A stretch of 64,000 nucleotides of DNA from Rhodothermales bacterium (GTDB taxonomy: Bacteria > Bacteroidota > Rhodothermia > Rhodothermales > VXPQ01). The notes beneath the pieces were generated by a model. The model saw nothing but the letters and a program-made list of their open reading frames with translations. It ran no database searches and had not been told where the DNA came from. Location: contig JBBDTI010000054.1 of NCBI GenBank assembly GCA_040904565.1, positions 51,524 to 115,523 on the forward strand, read 5' to 3'. The position numbers and the translations under genes were made by a program. Positions 30,199 through 39,519 of the stretch are shown here, one piece after another (the stretch's first letter is position 1; each line of letters starts with the position of its first letter).

Positions 30199-33100
30199 CT
30201 ATCGTACGAAGGTCACCGTGCGCGTCACGCTGAACGATCGACCCGTCGCCCGCAGCAGGTAGATGCCGCTCGCGAGGCCCGCACCGTCGACCGTGATGGT
30301 GTGGAGGGCCCCTTCCGAAACAGAGCCGTCGTAGAGTACGCGCAGCCGGCGGCCCAGCATGTCGTACAGTTCTACGCGCACGGGCTGCGTCTCACTCACC
30401 GTCAGCACGCTTTCGGCGCGGGTCTGGGCCGGGTTCGGATATACGGATGTAAGTGCGTTGTCCCCACTCGGTACGGGCTCGGGCTCCGGTTCCGCGGGAG
30501 CCGCGTAGAGCACGAACGGCCGCGGCATGGCGCGCCACGCCGCCGGGTCGTCGCTGTAGGATGAGACCTCGAGGCGAAAGAGCGAGGATCCGCCGCCGTC
30601 GGCCGGCTCCGGCCAGGGCGAGGCATCGCCGAACGTGACGCGTTCTTCAAGCGTTTCCGGAATGAAGTCGGGATCGTCCGCGGGGGGCTCGTCCGGCCGG
30701 TTTAACTCCAGCATTTCTCCGTCATTGGCCAGACGGCCCTCCCATCCACCCACCAGGAGCGCGTCCCGGGTCCATCCATAAGCCGCCCGGAACGTCTCCG
30801 CTTTCTCCGGGGCGTTCTGAGGGTCGAAGGCGACGACGAAGAGGCTGTCGCCGGCACCCAGGATCAGTCCGTCAGGGAACGTGAAGTCGACGGCTTCTCG
30901 GACGGTCCACGCCGTCAAGTCTTCGGGCTCCGCGCCGGCGTTGTAGATCCCCACGTATTCCAGGTTTTCGTTATTACCGGGCGGATGGTACATGATTTCG
31001 CGCACGACGACGGAACCGACGCGCGGCGCGGCATTGGCTCGCCCCAGCGTGATTTCCGACAGCGGAGCCAGACGGCCGCTCCCGTCCAAACGTCTTCCCA
31101 GGGATTCTCCGTTGCGGGCCGGTCCGAAAACGACGTGATCCGCGAAACGCACGGGGCGGCCGTCGGCATCGGTTTCCACCAGCCAGACTTCTTCACCGCG
31201 TGCGCCGTCGAGGGCGAAGTCGTTCTCCGAGCCGGACGCATTGAAGTCGGACTCATTGAAGACGATGAAGTCGCCCGGCTCGATCGTCGTGCCGTCCGGT
31301 ATGTGGTACTTGTCGAACGGCAGGCCGTCGCTGAGGAACCAGCCGCTTATATCGACGGGTTCCGTCGAAGTGTTGTAGAGCTCCACGGCATCCGTCTCGG
31401 GAGGGTCCGTGTGCGACAGGATCTCGTTTACTACGACATCTACCGCGACATCCTTCCCGGTGAATGGCCCGGCGATTCCGGGCGAACCATGGTATTCGGC
31501 GCTCGCCAGCCACATCTCCGCCCGATCCGCTTCCCGAGCATGCAGGACCGGTTCTTCCGTAAGAACGAGCGAGCTGCCGGCGCCGTCCGCGCGCGACGGC
31601 CACGCTCCTCCGTCGCCATAGTCGACCGTAAAGACGATCTCACCGCTGCGGTCTGCCAGCGTAACCCGCTCCCCGCCGTTGCTCAGACGTCCGTCCTCGA
31701 AGACGCCCCCGATCTGGATGTCTGTACCGAACCGGGCTCGAAAGGCGGTGGAGTCAGACACGAGAACGGTGCGGGCGTCCGAGGCCAGGGACGTCGACCC
31801 GAACGAGAAATCGATACCGTTCGTGAAGGAGAGTCCGGCCAAAGCCACGGCACGGTCGGAACGGTTATGCAGCTCGATGAACTCGAAATCATCGCCGTCC
31901 ACCATGCCCGCGGCCTGTTCGCCGGGTGTTGGATCGGGCGGATGGTAGTAGATCTCCGAGATTACCAGGGCGCCGGGCGTGGGAGCGGCGGTGTCGACGA
32001 AATATTCGGCGTCGCTGCGGGCGGACCATTCCCCCTCGTCGGACAGAAAGCGTGCGCTGACGGTCTGCCGTCCGGCGAGCGGCAGTGCTTCACCGTCGTA
32101 TTCGACGGCTGCACCTGAGACCGCACCGCCCAGCAGGCGTGGGTCGCTGCCGTCCAGCGTATAGTAGACGGATCCACCTGACGGTGCGTCGAGCGTAACC
32201 TGGTCGCTGCCGGAAATCTCGCCGCCGTCGTGGCTGAACGCGGGTGCGTCGACGGACGGATACAGGGGGGCGGGCGTGGTGCCCGCGCCCGACTCACCGC
32301 GCACGAATCGTTGGGCCGTCTGGAGCTGTTCGAGCAATACGTCACGTCGGGCGGGGAGAATGCCGTTTCGAAGCCGGGCCACCTCCGTTTTCCAGTCCGC
32401 CAGCCCTCTCGGCGGTTCACGTTTCGCGTCGCCCCAGCGCGCCGATTCACTGATCAGCACGTCTTCGATCTCCGCCTTTCGCGTATCCATGCGGGCGACG
32501 CTCGGTGACGTCGTCATAGCACCGCCGTCGAACAGATGCCGATGCGCGAAGTCGGCGAAGCGGAACCGGTATTCCGGCGAGCCCATTAATTGCTGGTGGA
32601 TCCACTGCGGGTTGCTGAACCGAAACTGATCTCCGGCGGGGAACGGTCCGGTCCGGTCGATCGACGGATCCAACAACGCGTGCTCGCTGTCGTGCGCGAA
32701 CCACTTGAAACCATGATCGCCGGTCCGATCGCGGTATCCGAAGAAATTGTTCGTACCCATGAACGGCGTGATCGGAGCGTCCGGATTGCCCGTCCAGAAA
32801 ATGACGAGCATGTACTGGATCAGATTATCGGCGTCCAGCAAGACGGGATAGGAAGGATTGCCCGTTCCGTCGGGGTCGAGACCCTGGAGCCGCATATACC
32901 ATGCATCGCGCTCTTCTTCGGACTCCGCGGCCGCGAGCGTGTTGACGCCGTTGTACAGATCACGCCAGGCGTCAACCTTGCCGGACGTCATTTCCATCTC
33001 GTACCCGTTGTCGAGTCCGGCCGACTTGACGACGTCGAAATCGTCGGCATTCCCCCCTATGTACGTGGCGCCATGATGGTGGTCGGCACGTTCCTGCGTC

Positions 33101-35142
33101 TGAAAGAGCCCCCAGTACTGCCCGTTGATGTAGAGATGGTAGTACCGGCTGCGCGTATACGGAACGTCGATGTCTCGCTGCAGGTCTCGCGCAAATACGT
33201 CGCGCAGCATCGTGTTGCGCGCGTCGCCGGTAAACGCCCATGAGTAGTTCTGGCTGGTACGAAGATCGAATTTGTCGAACTCGTTCGCCCCTTCGTCGCC
33301 GAAGAGGGGATACGAGAGGAGCGGCTCCCCATACTCGCCCCGAAAGAAGATTCGAAACGCATGTTTCGGATTGGGATCGTTGCGGCTCCAGCCGCCGCGA
33401 ATTCTAATTCCGGCATTGGCCTGAAATCCGCTTCGGGGTCCGTGGTAGCTTTCGCCTCCCGTCGAGGCAGGAAAATCGCCCGGGTAAAACAGCTCGACCG
33501 AACCGGGCCGTTCCCAGTCGCGGCCGTAGCTGAGCGCGTTCGAATAGATGCCCCGCGTCGGTGAGAAGAGGGAATCGACGTCCATCACGAGAGAGAAAGA
33601 GGGGATGCGGCCGAGCGCTTCAATAATATCGGCCTCGTTCCCGTCTACGACGTTCGGGTCCATGCCGTAATCGACGTGATTGCTGCCCCAGAAACCGGGC
33701 CATCCCTCTGGCGGCTGCCCCTCGGGCGACTGCGTCAGGACGTCGGCCGGAAAAAGATAGGTCTGGGTCACGACGCCGGATCGCTGCGCGCCTTCCTTGA
33801 AAGCGGCGGCGCGCACGACCGTCGTCTTTTCAATCCGAATGGGGTTCGTATAGGCTCGTCCGGTAGAATCCGTCGGCTCGCTCCCGTCCAGCGTGTAGCG
33901 AATGGTACTGCCGGACGTCTCGGGGAAAAGGAAGAGCGAGAAGGGCTCCTCGTAGAGGCCGTGGACGGCACTGTACGTAGGCTCATCCACAATCCCGCCG
34001 GCACCGGGAGCGTTGGGCTGCCCCGGCGTGGGCGTGGTGAAATACGTGACACCGTCGCCCGCGTGCCCGTACGAGACGTCACCACGCTGCTCCGGATACG
34101 GCGCGAACTCGCTGACCACCACGCCGTCCGGGTCGACGAGCCCGAGGTACTCTCCGTCCTGGCTCAGGCTGAAATTTGTGTGGTACTCGCTATTTTCCAG
34201 AAATGACAGCTCCGGCGCGAGGCCGCGTCCGTCTGCCGCCGGAGCGTCTGTTTCGAACGTCAGAAAAGGGATGAGCGTCAGGTCGGACGATCCCTGATTC
34301 GCGTTGTGTACCTCGATTGCCAGAACGTTCGGCCCGGTCTGGAAGACGGACCCGGGGATGGAAATGTCGAACCGTTCCGGCGTTCCTCCCTGGTAGAGCA
34401 CGGCTTCATGCAGGCCGTCCGCCGGCGTCTGATGGGTCGGATCGGTCGCTGACATGTTGCCTCGGGCGACTTCCAGTCCGTTGACATATGCGATGAACCC
34501 ATCGTCATAATCGACGTGCAACAGGGCCTGTCGTATCGCGCTCGGGTCGTCTACCGTAAACGTCGTGCGCGCATAGAGCGCCATAATGCCGTCCTGCACG
34601 GACGTCTGGATGTCGGCTCCCCCCGAGCTGTTCTCATAGCCCAGGCTGCTCGGTCCCTCGTCCCACGACGAATCGTCGAAGTCCGCCGCGTACCAGTCCC
34701 CCGCAACGGATGCCGTTCCCGGATAGTATCGAAAGAGGTCTCCGCGCTGGACGATGCTGTTCCAGTTCGATGCGCCCGGCTGGCGATCCTTGCCGGAGGC
34801 GAAAACGACGAGATACTCGCCGGCCTGGAGTGTGGCGTCGGCGAAGGTCCATTGCGTTGGGTCCGACGCGTCGTCGGTCAGCGACCAGCCCGCAAGGTCG
34901 ACGGCTTCGTCGGTCGGATTGTGCAGCTCGATCCAGTCGGAAAAGTCACCGTCCTCGTCCGCCAGTGTCGTGCCGTTCGAGGCCATGAACTCAGAGATGA
35001 ACGGCAGGTCGCCGACTATCGCCGTGCCGTCGGTAACCACACCGTCGATCGACACGCCGTCCACCACCACGCGGTCGATGACCGCGCCGCTGAGCGCCAG
35101 GAAGCCAAGAATAACTAGAAACAGGCGTGCGATTCGGAGCAT
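30199..35142 (-). CDS. Large secreted CotH-kinase protein with lamin-tail and Fn3-associated domains and a T9SS type A sorting domain
   Basis: LTD motifs 'ISEFMASN..DWIELHN', 'ISEIYYHP', 'VNEILSH', 'VREIMYHP'; 'IRYTLDGSEP'; CotH 'YHLYINGQYWGLF', 'HDSEH'; CTD 'VYPNP...LYDMLGR...LASGIYLLR'. Confidence 0.88.
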   Translation of the reverse strand: MLRIARLFLVILGFLALSGAVIDRVVVDGVSIDGVVTDGTAIVGDLPFISEFMASNGTTLADEDGDFSDWIELHNPTDEAVDLAGWSLTDDASDPTQWTFADATLQAGEYLVVFASGKDRQPGASNWNSIVQRGDLFRYYPGTASVAGDWYAADFDDSSWDEGPSSLGYENSSGGADIQTSVQDGIMALYARTTFTVDDPSAIRQALLHVDYDDGFIAYVNGLEVARGNMSATDPTHQTPADGLHEAVLYQGGTPERFDISIPGSVFQTGPNVLAIEVHNANQGSSDLTLIPFLTFETDAPAADGRGLAPELSFLENSEYHTNFSLSQDGEYLGLVDPDGVVVSEFAPYPEQRGDVSYGHAGDGVTYFTTPTPGQPNAPGAGGIVDEPTYSAVHGLYEEPFSLFLFPETSGSTIRYTLDGSEPTDSTGRAYTNPIRIEKTTVVRAAAFKEGAQRSGVVTQTYLFPADVLTQSPEGQPPEGWPGFWGSNHVDYGMDPNVVDGNEADIIEALGRIPSFSLVMDVDSLFSPTRGIYSNALSYGRDWERPGSVELFYPGDFPASTGGESYHGPRSGFQANAGIRIRGGWSRNDPNPKHAFRIFFRGEYGEPLLSYPLFGDEGANEFDKFDLRTSQNYSWAFTGDARNTMLRDVFARDLQRDIDVPYTRSRYYHLYINGQYWGLFQTQERADHHHGATYIGGNADDFDVVKSAGLDNGYEMEMTSGKVDAWRDLYNGVNTLAAAESEEERDAWYMRLQGLDPDGTGNPSYPVLLDADNLIQYMLVIFWTGNPDAPITPFMGTNNFFGYRDRTGDHGFKWFAHDSEHALLDPSIDRTGPFPAGDQFRFSNPQWIHQQLMGSPEYRFRFADFAHRHLFDGGAMTTSPSVARMDTRKAEIEDVLISESARWGDAKREPPRGLADWKTEVARLRNGILPARRDVLLEQLQTAQRFVRGESGAGTTPAPLYPSVDAPAFSHDGGEISGSDQVTLDAPSGGSVYYTLDGSDPRLLGGAVSGAAVEYDGEALPLAGRQTVSARFLSDEGEWSARSDAEYFVDTAAPTPGALVISEIYYHPPDPTPGEQAAGMVDGDDFEFIELHNRSDRAVALAGLSFTNGIDFSFGSTSLASDARTVLVSDSTAFRARFGTDIQIGGVFEDGRLSNGGERVTLADRSGEIVFTVDYGDGGAWPSRADGAGSSLVLTEEPVLHAREADRAEMWLASAEYHGSPGIAGPFTGKDVAVDVVVNEILSHTDPPETDAVELYNTSTEPVDISGWFLSDGLPFDKYHIPDGTTIEPGDFIVFNESDFNASGSENDFALDGARGEEVWLVETDADGRPVRFADHVVFGPARNGESLGRRLDGSGRLAPLSEITLGRANAAPRVGSVVVREIMYHPPGNNENLEYVGIYNAGAEPEDLTAWTVREAVDFTFPDGLILGAGDSLFVVAFDPQNAPEKAETFRAAYGWTRDALLVGGWEGRLANDGEMLELNRPDEPPADDPDFIPETLEERVTFGDASPWPEPADGGGSSLFRLEVSSYSDDPAAWRAMPRPFVLYAAPAEPEPEPVPSGDNALTSVYPNPAQTRAESVLTVSETQPVRVELYDMLGRRLRVLYDGSVSEGALHTITVDGAGLASGIYLLRATGRSFSVTRTVTFVR

Positions 35143-35204
35143 GCGGATGGCTGACGGTTTAGAAAATCAGTCGGAAAGGCGGCGGTACATGCTCGCGCCG
35201 GACG

Positions 35205-36257
35205 CTAGTCCGGAGTGACGCGGCGGCCGAGCCGCGCGGCGTCATAGGCGGCAAGGGCGGCGCCGAAGGCGCGTCGTGCGTCGTGGACCAACGCAATGGG
35301 GGTGTCTCCCGTTTCGAGGCATTCGATGAGATGAGCGAGTGGTGTAGGCGATGCAGGTCCGAACGGCACGCCGGCCTTCCGCTCGTACACCCACTGATCC
35401 GCCCCGGATGCGAGCACGGCGAGGCCGGGATCCCTGAACCACTGATCGATAATCTCGCCCTCCGTACCGATGAGCTCGGTTCGAACGACGCTGTTCTGCT
35501 TCGGAGAGGGCCCCGTTTTCGCGGGGGCGTTGATCGTCCACGCTCCTTCGAGCGTCGCGGTCACGCCGTTGTCGAATCTAAACGTGGCCATTCCCCAGTC
35601 CTCGACCGACAGGTCGGCGTGGACGAGGTTATCGATGCGCGCATCCACCTCGACGATCTTCGACCCCGTGATCCAGTGAAACAGGTCGATGGCATAGATG
35701 CCCTCGTCGATCAACGCTCCGCCCGGAACGTGCGCCGGATCGGCAAACCATCCCGGCCGACCGGACCGATACCAGTCTTCCGCGATAGACCATCGTGCGG
35801 TCTGGTGGATCACCTTCAGATCACCGATCGTGCCGGCGTCGATCCGGTCTCGCAGGGCAGATGCTTGCAGTCGCATGATCGCTTCGAATGGAATGCACGT
35901 CACGCCGGAGGCCTCGACGGCGTCGACGATGCGATCCGCCTCGTCGAGGGTCATCGCCATGGGCTTACCGAGAATGATGTGTTTGCCTGCTCGTGCAGCC
36001 GCAATCGCGCATTCCGCCATCTGTGAGACCGGCGGGGCGAGGTGGACGATGTCGATGTCGTTGCGCGCCAGGAGCGCGTCGTACTCCGTATGGGCATCCA
36101 GATGAAACGCGTCACAGAACTCGTTCAGCTGGTCCTGCCTGGACCACGCGGCCGCTACGAGGTCGGCTTTTCGATACTCGGGCAGCGCTCGAGCCAGCAT
36201 ATAGGCCGAATACCAGTGACCCAGACCGAGAATGCCGATGCGCCAGGATTTATCCAT
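35205..36257 (-). CDS. Gfo/Idh/MocA family oxidoreductase
   Basis: 'IGILGLGHW', 'AGKHIILGKPMA', 'GGALIDEGIY', 'VEDWG'; start moved to ATG 36257. Confidence 0.9.
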   Translation of the reverse strand: MDKSWRIGILGLGHWYSAYMLARALPEYRKADLVAAAWSRQDQLNEFCDAFHLDAHTEYDALLARNDIDIVHLAPPVSQMAECAIAAARAGKHIILGKPMAMTLDEADRIVDAVEASGVTCIPFEAIMRLQASALRDRIDAGTIGDLKVIHQTARWSIAEDWYRSGRPGWFADPAHVPGGALIDEGIYAIDLFHWITGSKIVEVDARIDNLVHADLSVEDWGMATFRFDNGVTATLEGAWTINAPAKTGPSPKQNSVVRTELIGTEGEIIDQWFRDPGLAVLASGADQWVYERKAGVPFGPASPTPLAHLIECLETGDTPIALVHDARRAFGAALAAYDAARLGRRVTPD

Positions 36258-36450
36258 TAAATCAGGAAACGTGGGTTGCGAATAAGTACGGCGGAGTGGA
36301 TGGGATGCGAATATACGGCGTCGCCGACACGATCGACAGCCTCCGCAACGGAGGAGGCGTTCGTAGCGATCGCCGAACTCGAGCCCTCCGCACGTGTGGC
36401 GTTCGTACCAGGTAAACCTGGCCGGCGTGGCATAGCTCTTCGGCACGATC

Positions 36451-36831
36451 TTACTGCTCATCACGTCGGCGCCGCTCGGCAACAAGATTCACGTAGACCG
36501 AGGCGGCGAACGCGGCGAGGCCGAGCGCCAGCACGCCGGCGTTTACGAAGGCCGCGTCCCAGCTTATCCCCGTCGCCAGATCCAGATAATACTTGACGTA
36601 CGACGCCGGAAGATCCGTCTCCCCCAGGCGTCTTTTTACCTCCCAGTGCCAGTCCGTGCACGGACAATAGCCCCATCCGTAAAAGACGCCGAGTCCGAAC
36701 CAGGACAGCAGCGTCAATCCCATCATCGCGAGATGCACGCGGCGGGTTTTCTCCCACATCCATCCCGTCAGGTTGAATACCGTCAGTGCCGTGTGCACGA
36801 CGAGGAAGGCGATGTCGAGAAAGGCATCCAT
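36451..36831 (-). CDS. DUF2784 family membrane protein
   Basis: 'SWFGLGVFYGWGYCPCTDWHW', 'SYVKYY'. Confidence 0.8.
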   Translation of the reverse strand: MDAFLDIAFLVVHTALTVFNLTGWMWEKTRRVHLAMMGLTLLSWFGLGVFYGWGYCPCTDWHWEVKRRLGETDLPASYVKYYLDLATGISWDAAFVNAGVLALGLAAFAASVYVNLVAERRRRDEQ

Positions 36832-37017
36832 GGAGGCTCGTGGAAGGAGGTCAATCGGTGCAGCTACCCGTATGATACGTGCGTGGTTATAGTTCGGTCG
36901 TGAGGTGTTATGTAGATAAGCGCCTGATGCGTCGCAACGGCGGTCGGAAAGAACCGTCGCACCGCGCCGATCGGTGCGCTTATCTTCGACGTACCCTCAT
37001 CCAGACGGCCTTACCCT

Positions 37018-38007
37018 ATGCGCCTCAGATACGACGTCCTCACGTTCATCTGCCTGCTGTCCTGGATCGCCGCCGGCGGTGCGGGAGCACAGAGTCAGGT
37101 GACCCTCAATCCGTCGATGGACAACACCCTCTATCAGGAGTCCGGCAGTAAGAGTAACGGCGCGGGCTCGTATCTGTTTGTCGGCCGCACGAGGGGAACG
37201 GCCGGCACGGAAAGTCGCCGGGCATTGATCGCCTTCGATGTCGCGAGCTCGATTCCGGCCGGTTCGACGGTCGACAATGTGGAGCTGGATCTGAAGGTCT
37301 CGAAATCCCCCGGTGGATCCACCGTGTTTTCCATTCACCGCCTTACCCGGTCCTGGGGTGAAGGCTCGTCGGACGCCGGGGCTCCGGGCGGTCAGGGCAC
37401 ACAGGCTGAAAGCGGCGACGCGACGTGGACGCACGCCTTCTTCGATACGGAAAACTGGGCTACGGCGGGTGGCGACTACGCCGACGACGCCAGTGCGACG
37501 GTTTCGGTCGGCGGGGATGAATGGTACGCGGCCTCGTCGGACGGACTGGTCGCCGACGTGCAGGCCTGGGTGGATGATCCCGAGGCTAATTTTGGATGGA
37601 TTTTCGTCGGGGACGAGCTCACATCGGGGTCCGCGCGGCGGGTAGACAGCGGAGATAATCCGGACGAATCCGTTCGCCCGCAGCTGACGGTCTCGTACTC
37701 GACCCCTACGGCCGCCGAACAATCCGAACAGCCGGAGCACCCCGGCACGTTCGTGCTCGAGGGCAACTATCCGAATCCGTTTACGAGCTCGACCGCGATC
37801 CGCTACGAACTCGGTACCGCCCAGGAGGTGGGTCTCGAGGTCTACGACGTTACCGGCCGGCCGGTGAAAACGGTACGTCGAGGGGTCCAGGTGCCTGGAC
37901 GGCACGAGATGGAGCTTCCGTCGGTCGACCTTGCTGCCGGACTCTACATCTACTGCTTGCGTACGTCGTCGCATCGCGAGTGCCGGACGTTTACCGTGCT
38001 TCGGTGA
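37018..38007 (+). CDS. DNRLRE-like domain protein with T9SS sorting domain
   Basis: 'DNTLYQE', 'RRALIAFD', 'RPQLTVSY', CTD 'NYPNPF...VYDVTGR...LAAGLYIY'. Confidence 0.8.
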   Translation: MRLRYDVLTFICLLSWIAAGGAGAQSQVTLNPSMDNTLYQESGSKSNGAGSYLFVGRTRGTAGTESRRALIAFDVASSIPAGSTVDNVELDLKVSKSPGGSTVFSIHRLTRSWGEGSSDAGAPGGQGTQAESGDATWTHAFFDTENWATAGGDYADDASATVSVGGDEWYAASSDGLVADVQAWVDDPEANFGWIFVGDELTSGSARRVDSGDNPDESVRPQLTVSYSTPTAAEQSEQPEHPGTFVLEGNYPNPFTSSTAIRYELGTAQEVGLEVYDVTGRPVKTVRRGVQVPGRHEMELPSVDLAAGLYIYCLRTSSHRECRTFTVLR

Positions 38008-38043
38008 CGCTCTGACGGGAGACGATCAGCGGGCAGGGGATCG

Positions 38044-38733
38044 TTATCCGCCGGCCCGCTGAAACAGCGCGACGTCCGGCGCCGGTAGATGCAGCGTCCA
38101 GTCGAATTGCTCCTCGATCCAGTACATTGTCTCCGTACGGTAGAAACAGACGTGCGTCGCGTCGCGGACGTACCACCACGTCTCGAAGTCGCGATCCGTC
38201 ACGAACCGCGTCATCACGCCCAGCCATCCCCCGGGACGCAGCAGGCCGTACAGGCGCTCGAACTCTTCGCGCGGGCGGAAGAAATGCTCTACGGTTTCGC
38301 TGCACGTGATGAAGTCATACGATCGGTCGAAGACCCGCTCGTCCGGAGCGAAGAACGGATCGTAGATCGCCATGGGATGGCCGCGCTCTTCCAGCATGAC
38401 GGAGAGCGTGGGGCCGGGACCCGAGCCGTAGTCGAGTCCGGCTGCACCGGCCGGGAGCAGCTCTAGCAGCGGATCCGCCAGCCTGGAAAGGAAGGCGCGG
38501 TATCCCGCGTCGGCCGGGTCGTTTTCGTGGGTTTCGTAGCGGGCCTTTTCGTCGGACGGCGAGGGTCGGGCCTCCCGTGCCATGAAGATGAGCCCGCATA
38601 CACTGCAGGCGTAATACGCGCGACCGTGCGCTCGGGCATGCAGGTGCGTATCCGTCGTGCGGCAGAGCGGGCAGGGGCGCGGCGCTTCCAGTGAATCTGA
38701 TTGGAGCATTGGCCGTAAGGCAGGTAGGAGCAT
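38044..38733 (-). CDS. Class I SAM-dependent methyltransferase with N-terminal Zn-binding motif
   Basis: 'CPLC...CSVC', 'GLDYGSGPGP', 'YDFITCSETVEHF'; true start may be ATG 38709. Confidence 0.88.
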   Translation of the reverse strand: MLLPALRPMLQSDSLEAPRPCPLCRTTDTHLHARAHGRAYYACSVCGLIFMAREARPSPSDEKARYETHENDPADAGYRAFLSRLADPLLELLPAGAAGLDYGSGPGPTLSVMLEERGHPMAIYDPFFAPDERVFDRSYDFITCSETVEHFFRPREEFERLYGLLRPGGWLGVMTRFVTDRDFETWWYVRDATHVCFYRTETMYWIEEQFDWTLHLPAPDVALFQRAGG

Positions 38734-38735
38734 GT

Positions 38736-38765
38736 ATTACGCAGTGTAAGATTACGTAGTGTAAG
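38736..38765. repeat. 15-bp direct repeat x2 between divergent genes
   Basis: attacgcagtgtaag / attacgtagtgtaag; each unit contains TTAC-N5-GTAA. Confidence 0.8.
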
Positions 38766-38781
38766 ATGAGGCGTACCTGCC

Positions 38782-39519
38782 ATGCGACGTTTTTCGATGA
38801 TCGTTCTCCTGTGGCTTGCGTTCCTTTTGAGTACCGTGACGATCGGGTGCGACGACGACGCCCTGGGAGGTGAGGAATCGATCGAACGGACGTTTACGTT
38901 CGATGAATCGGCCGAAGGTTGGACCGGGGATATCGTCGACTATCCCACGTACCGAACGCCGGAGGAGCTGGAATTCGTCTTCGAGCGACGCAGTCTACCG
39001 CCCGAACTGGATGCCGAAGGCATGGGCCTGTATTTTGCTGGACGGAACACGCCGGACGACCTTTTCATGTACGCGAAGCGAAAACTGTCCGGATTGCAAC
39101 CCCGCGCGACCTACCGGATAGATTTTCGCCTCGACATAGCATCCAACTCGCCGAGCGGCTGTGTGGGCATAGGCGGCCCTCCGGGTGAGGCCGTTCGGGT
39201 GCTCGTGGGCGCCGCGGACGTCGAGCCGACGGCCGTAGTCGAGGACGACTGGTACCGCCTGAACGTGAACAAGGACCCGAACGAGCGAGTGCCGGGCAAG
39301 CGCGGTGCGGTGGCCGAGGTCGGCAACGTTGCCAATGGGGTCGAACAGTGCACCGGGGACGTGCCGTATCGCACGATCACGCGCACCAACACGGGAGCAC
39401 CCGTCGAGGTGACGGCCGACGAAAACGGCTTCGCCTGGGTTTTCGTCGGCACGGATTCCGGATTCGAAGGGAAGACCACGCTATTTTACGACACGATCCA
39501 GCTCACCATTACCGGATGA
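38782..39519 (+). CDS. Hypothetical lipoprotein
   Basis: Lipobox 'TIGC'; beta-rich body with 'DDLFMY', 'GCVGIGGPPGE', 'VGTDSGFEG'. Confidence 0.75.
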   Translation: MRRFSMIVLLWLAFLLSTVTIGCDDDALGGEESIERTFTFDESAEGWTGDIVDYPTYRTPEELEFVFERRSLPPELDAEGMGLYFAGRNTPDDLFMYAKRKLSGLQPRATYRIDFRLDIASNSPSGCVGIGGPPGEAVRVLVGAADVEPTAVVEDDWYRLNVNKDPNERVPGKRGAVAEVGNVANGVEQCTGDVPYRTITRTNTGAPVEVTADENGFAWVFVGTDSGFEGKTTLFYDTIQLTITG

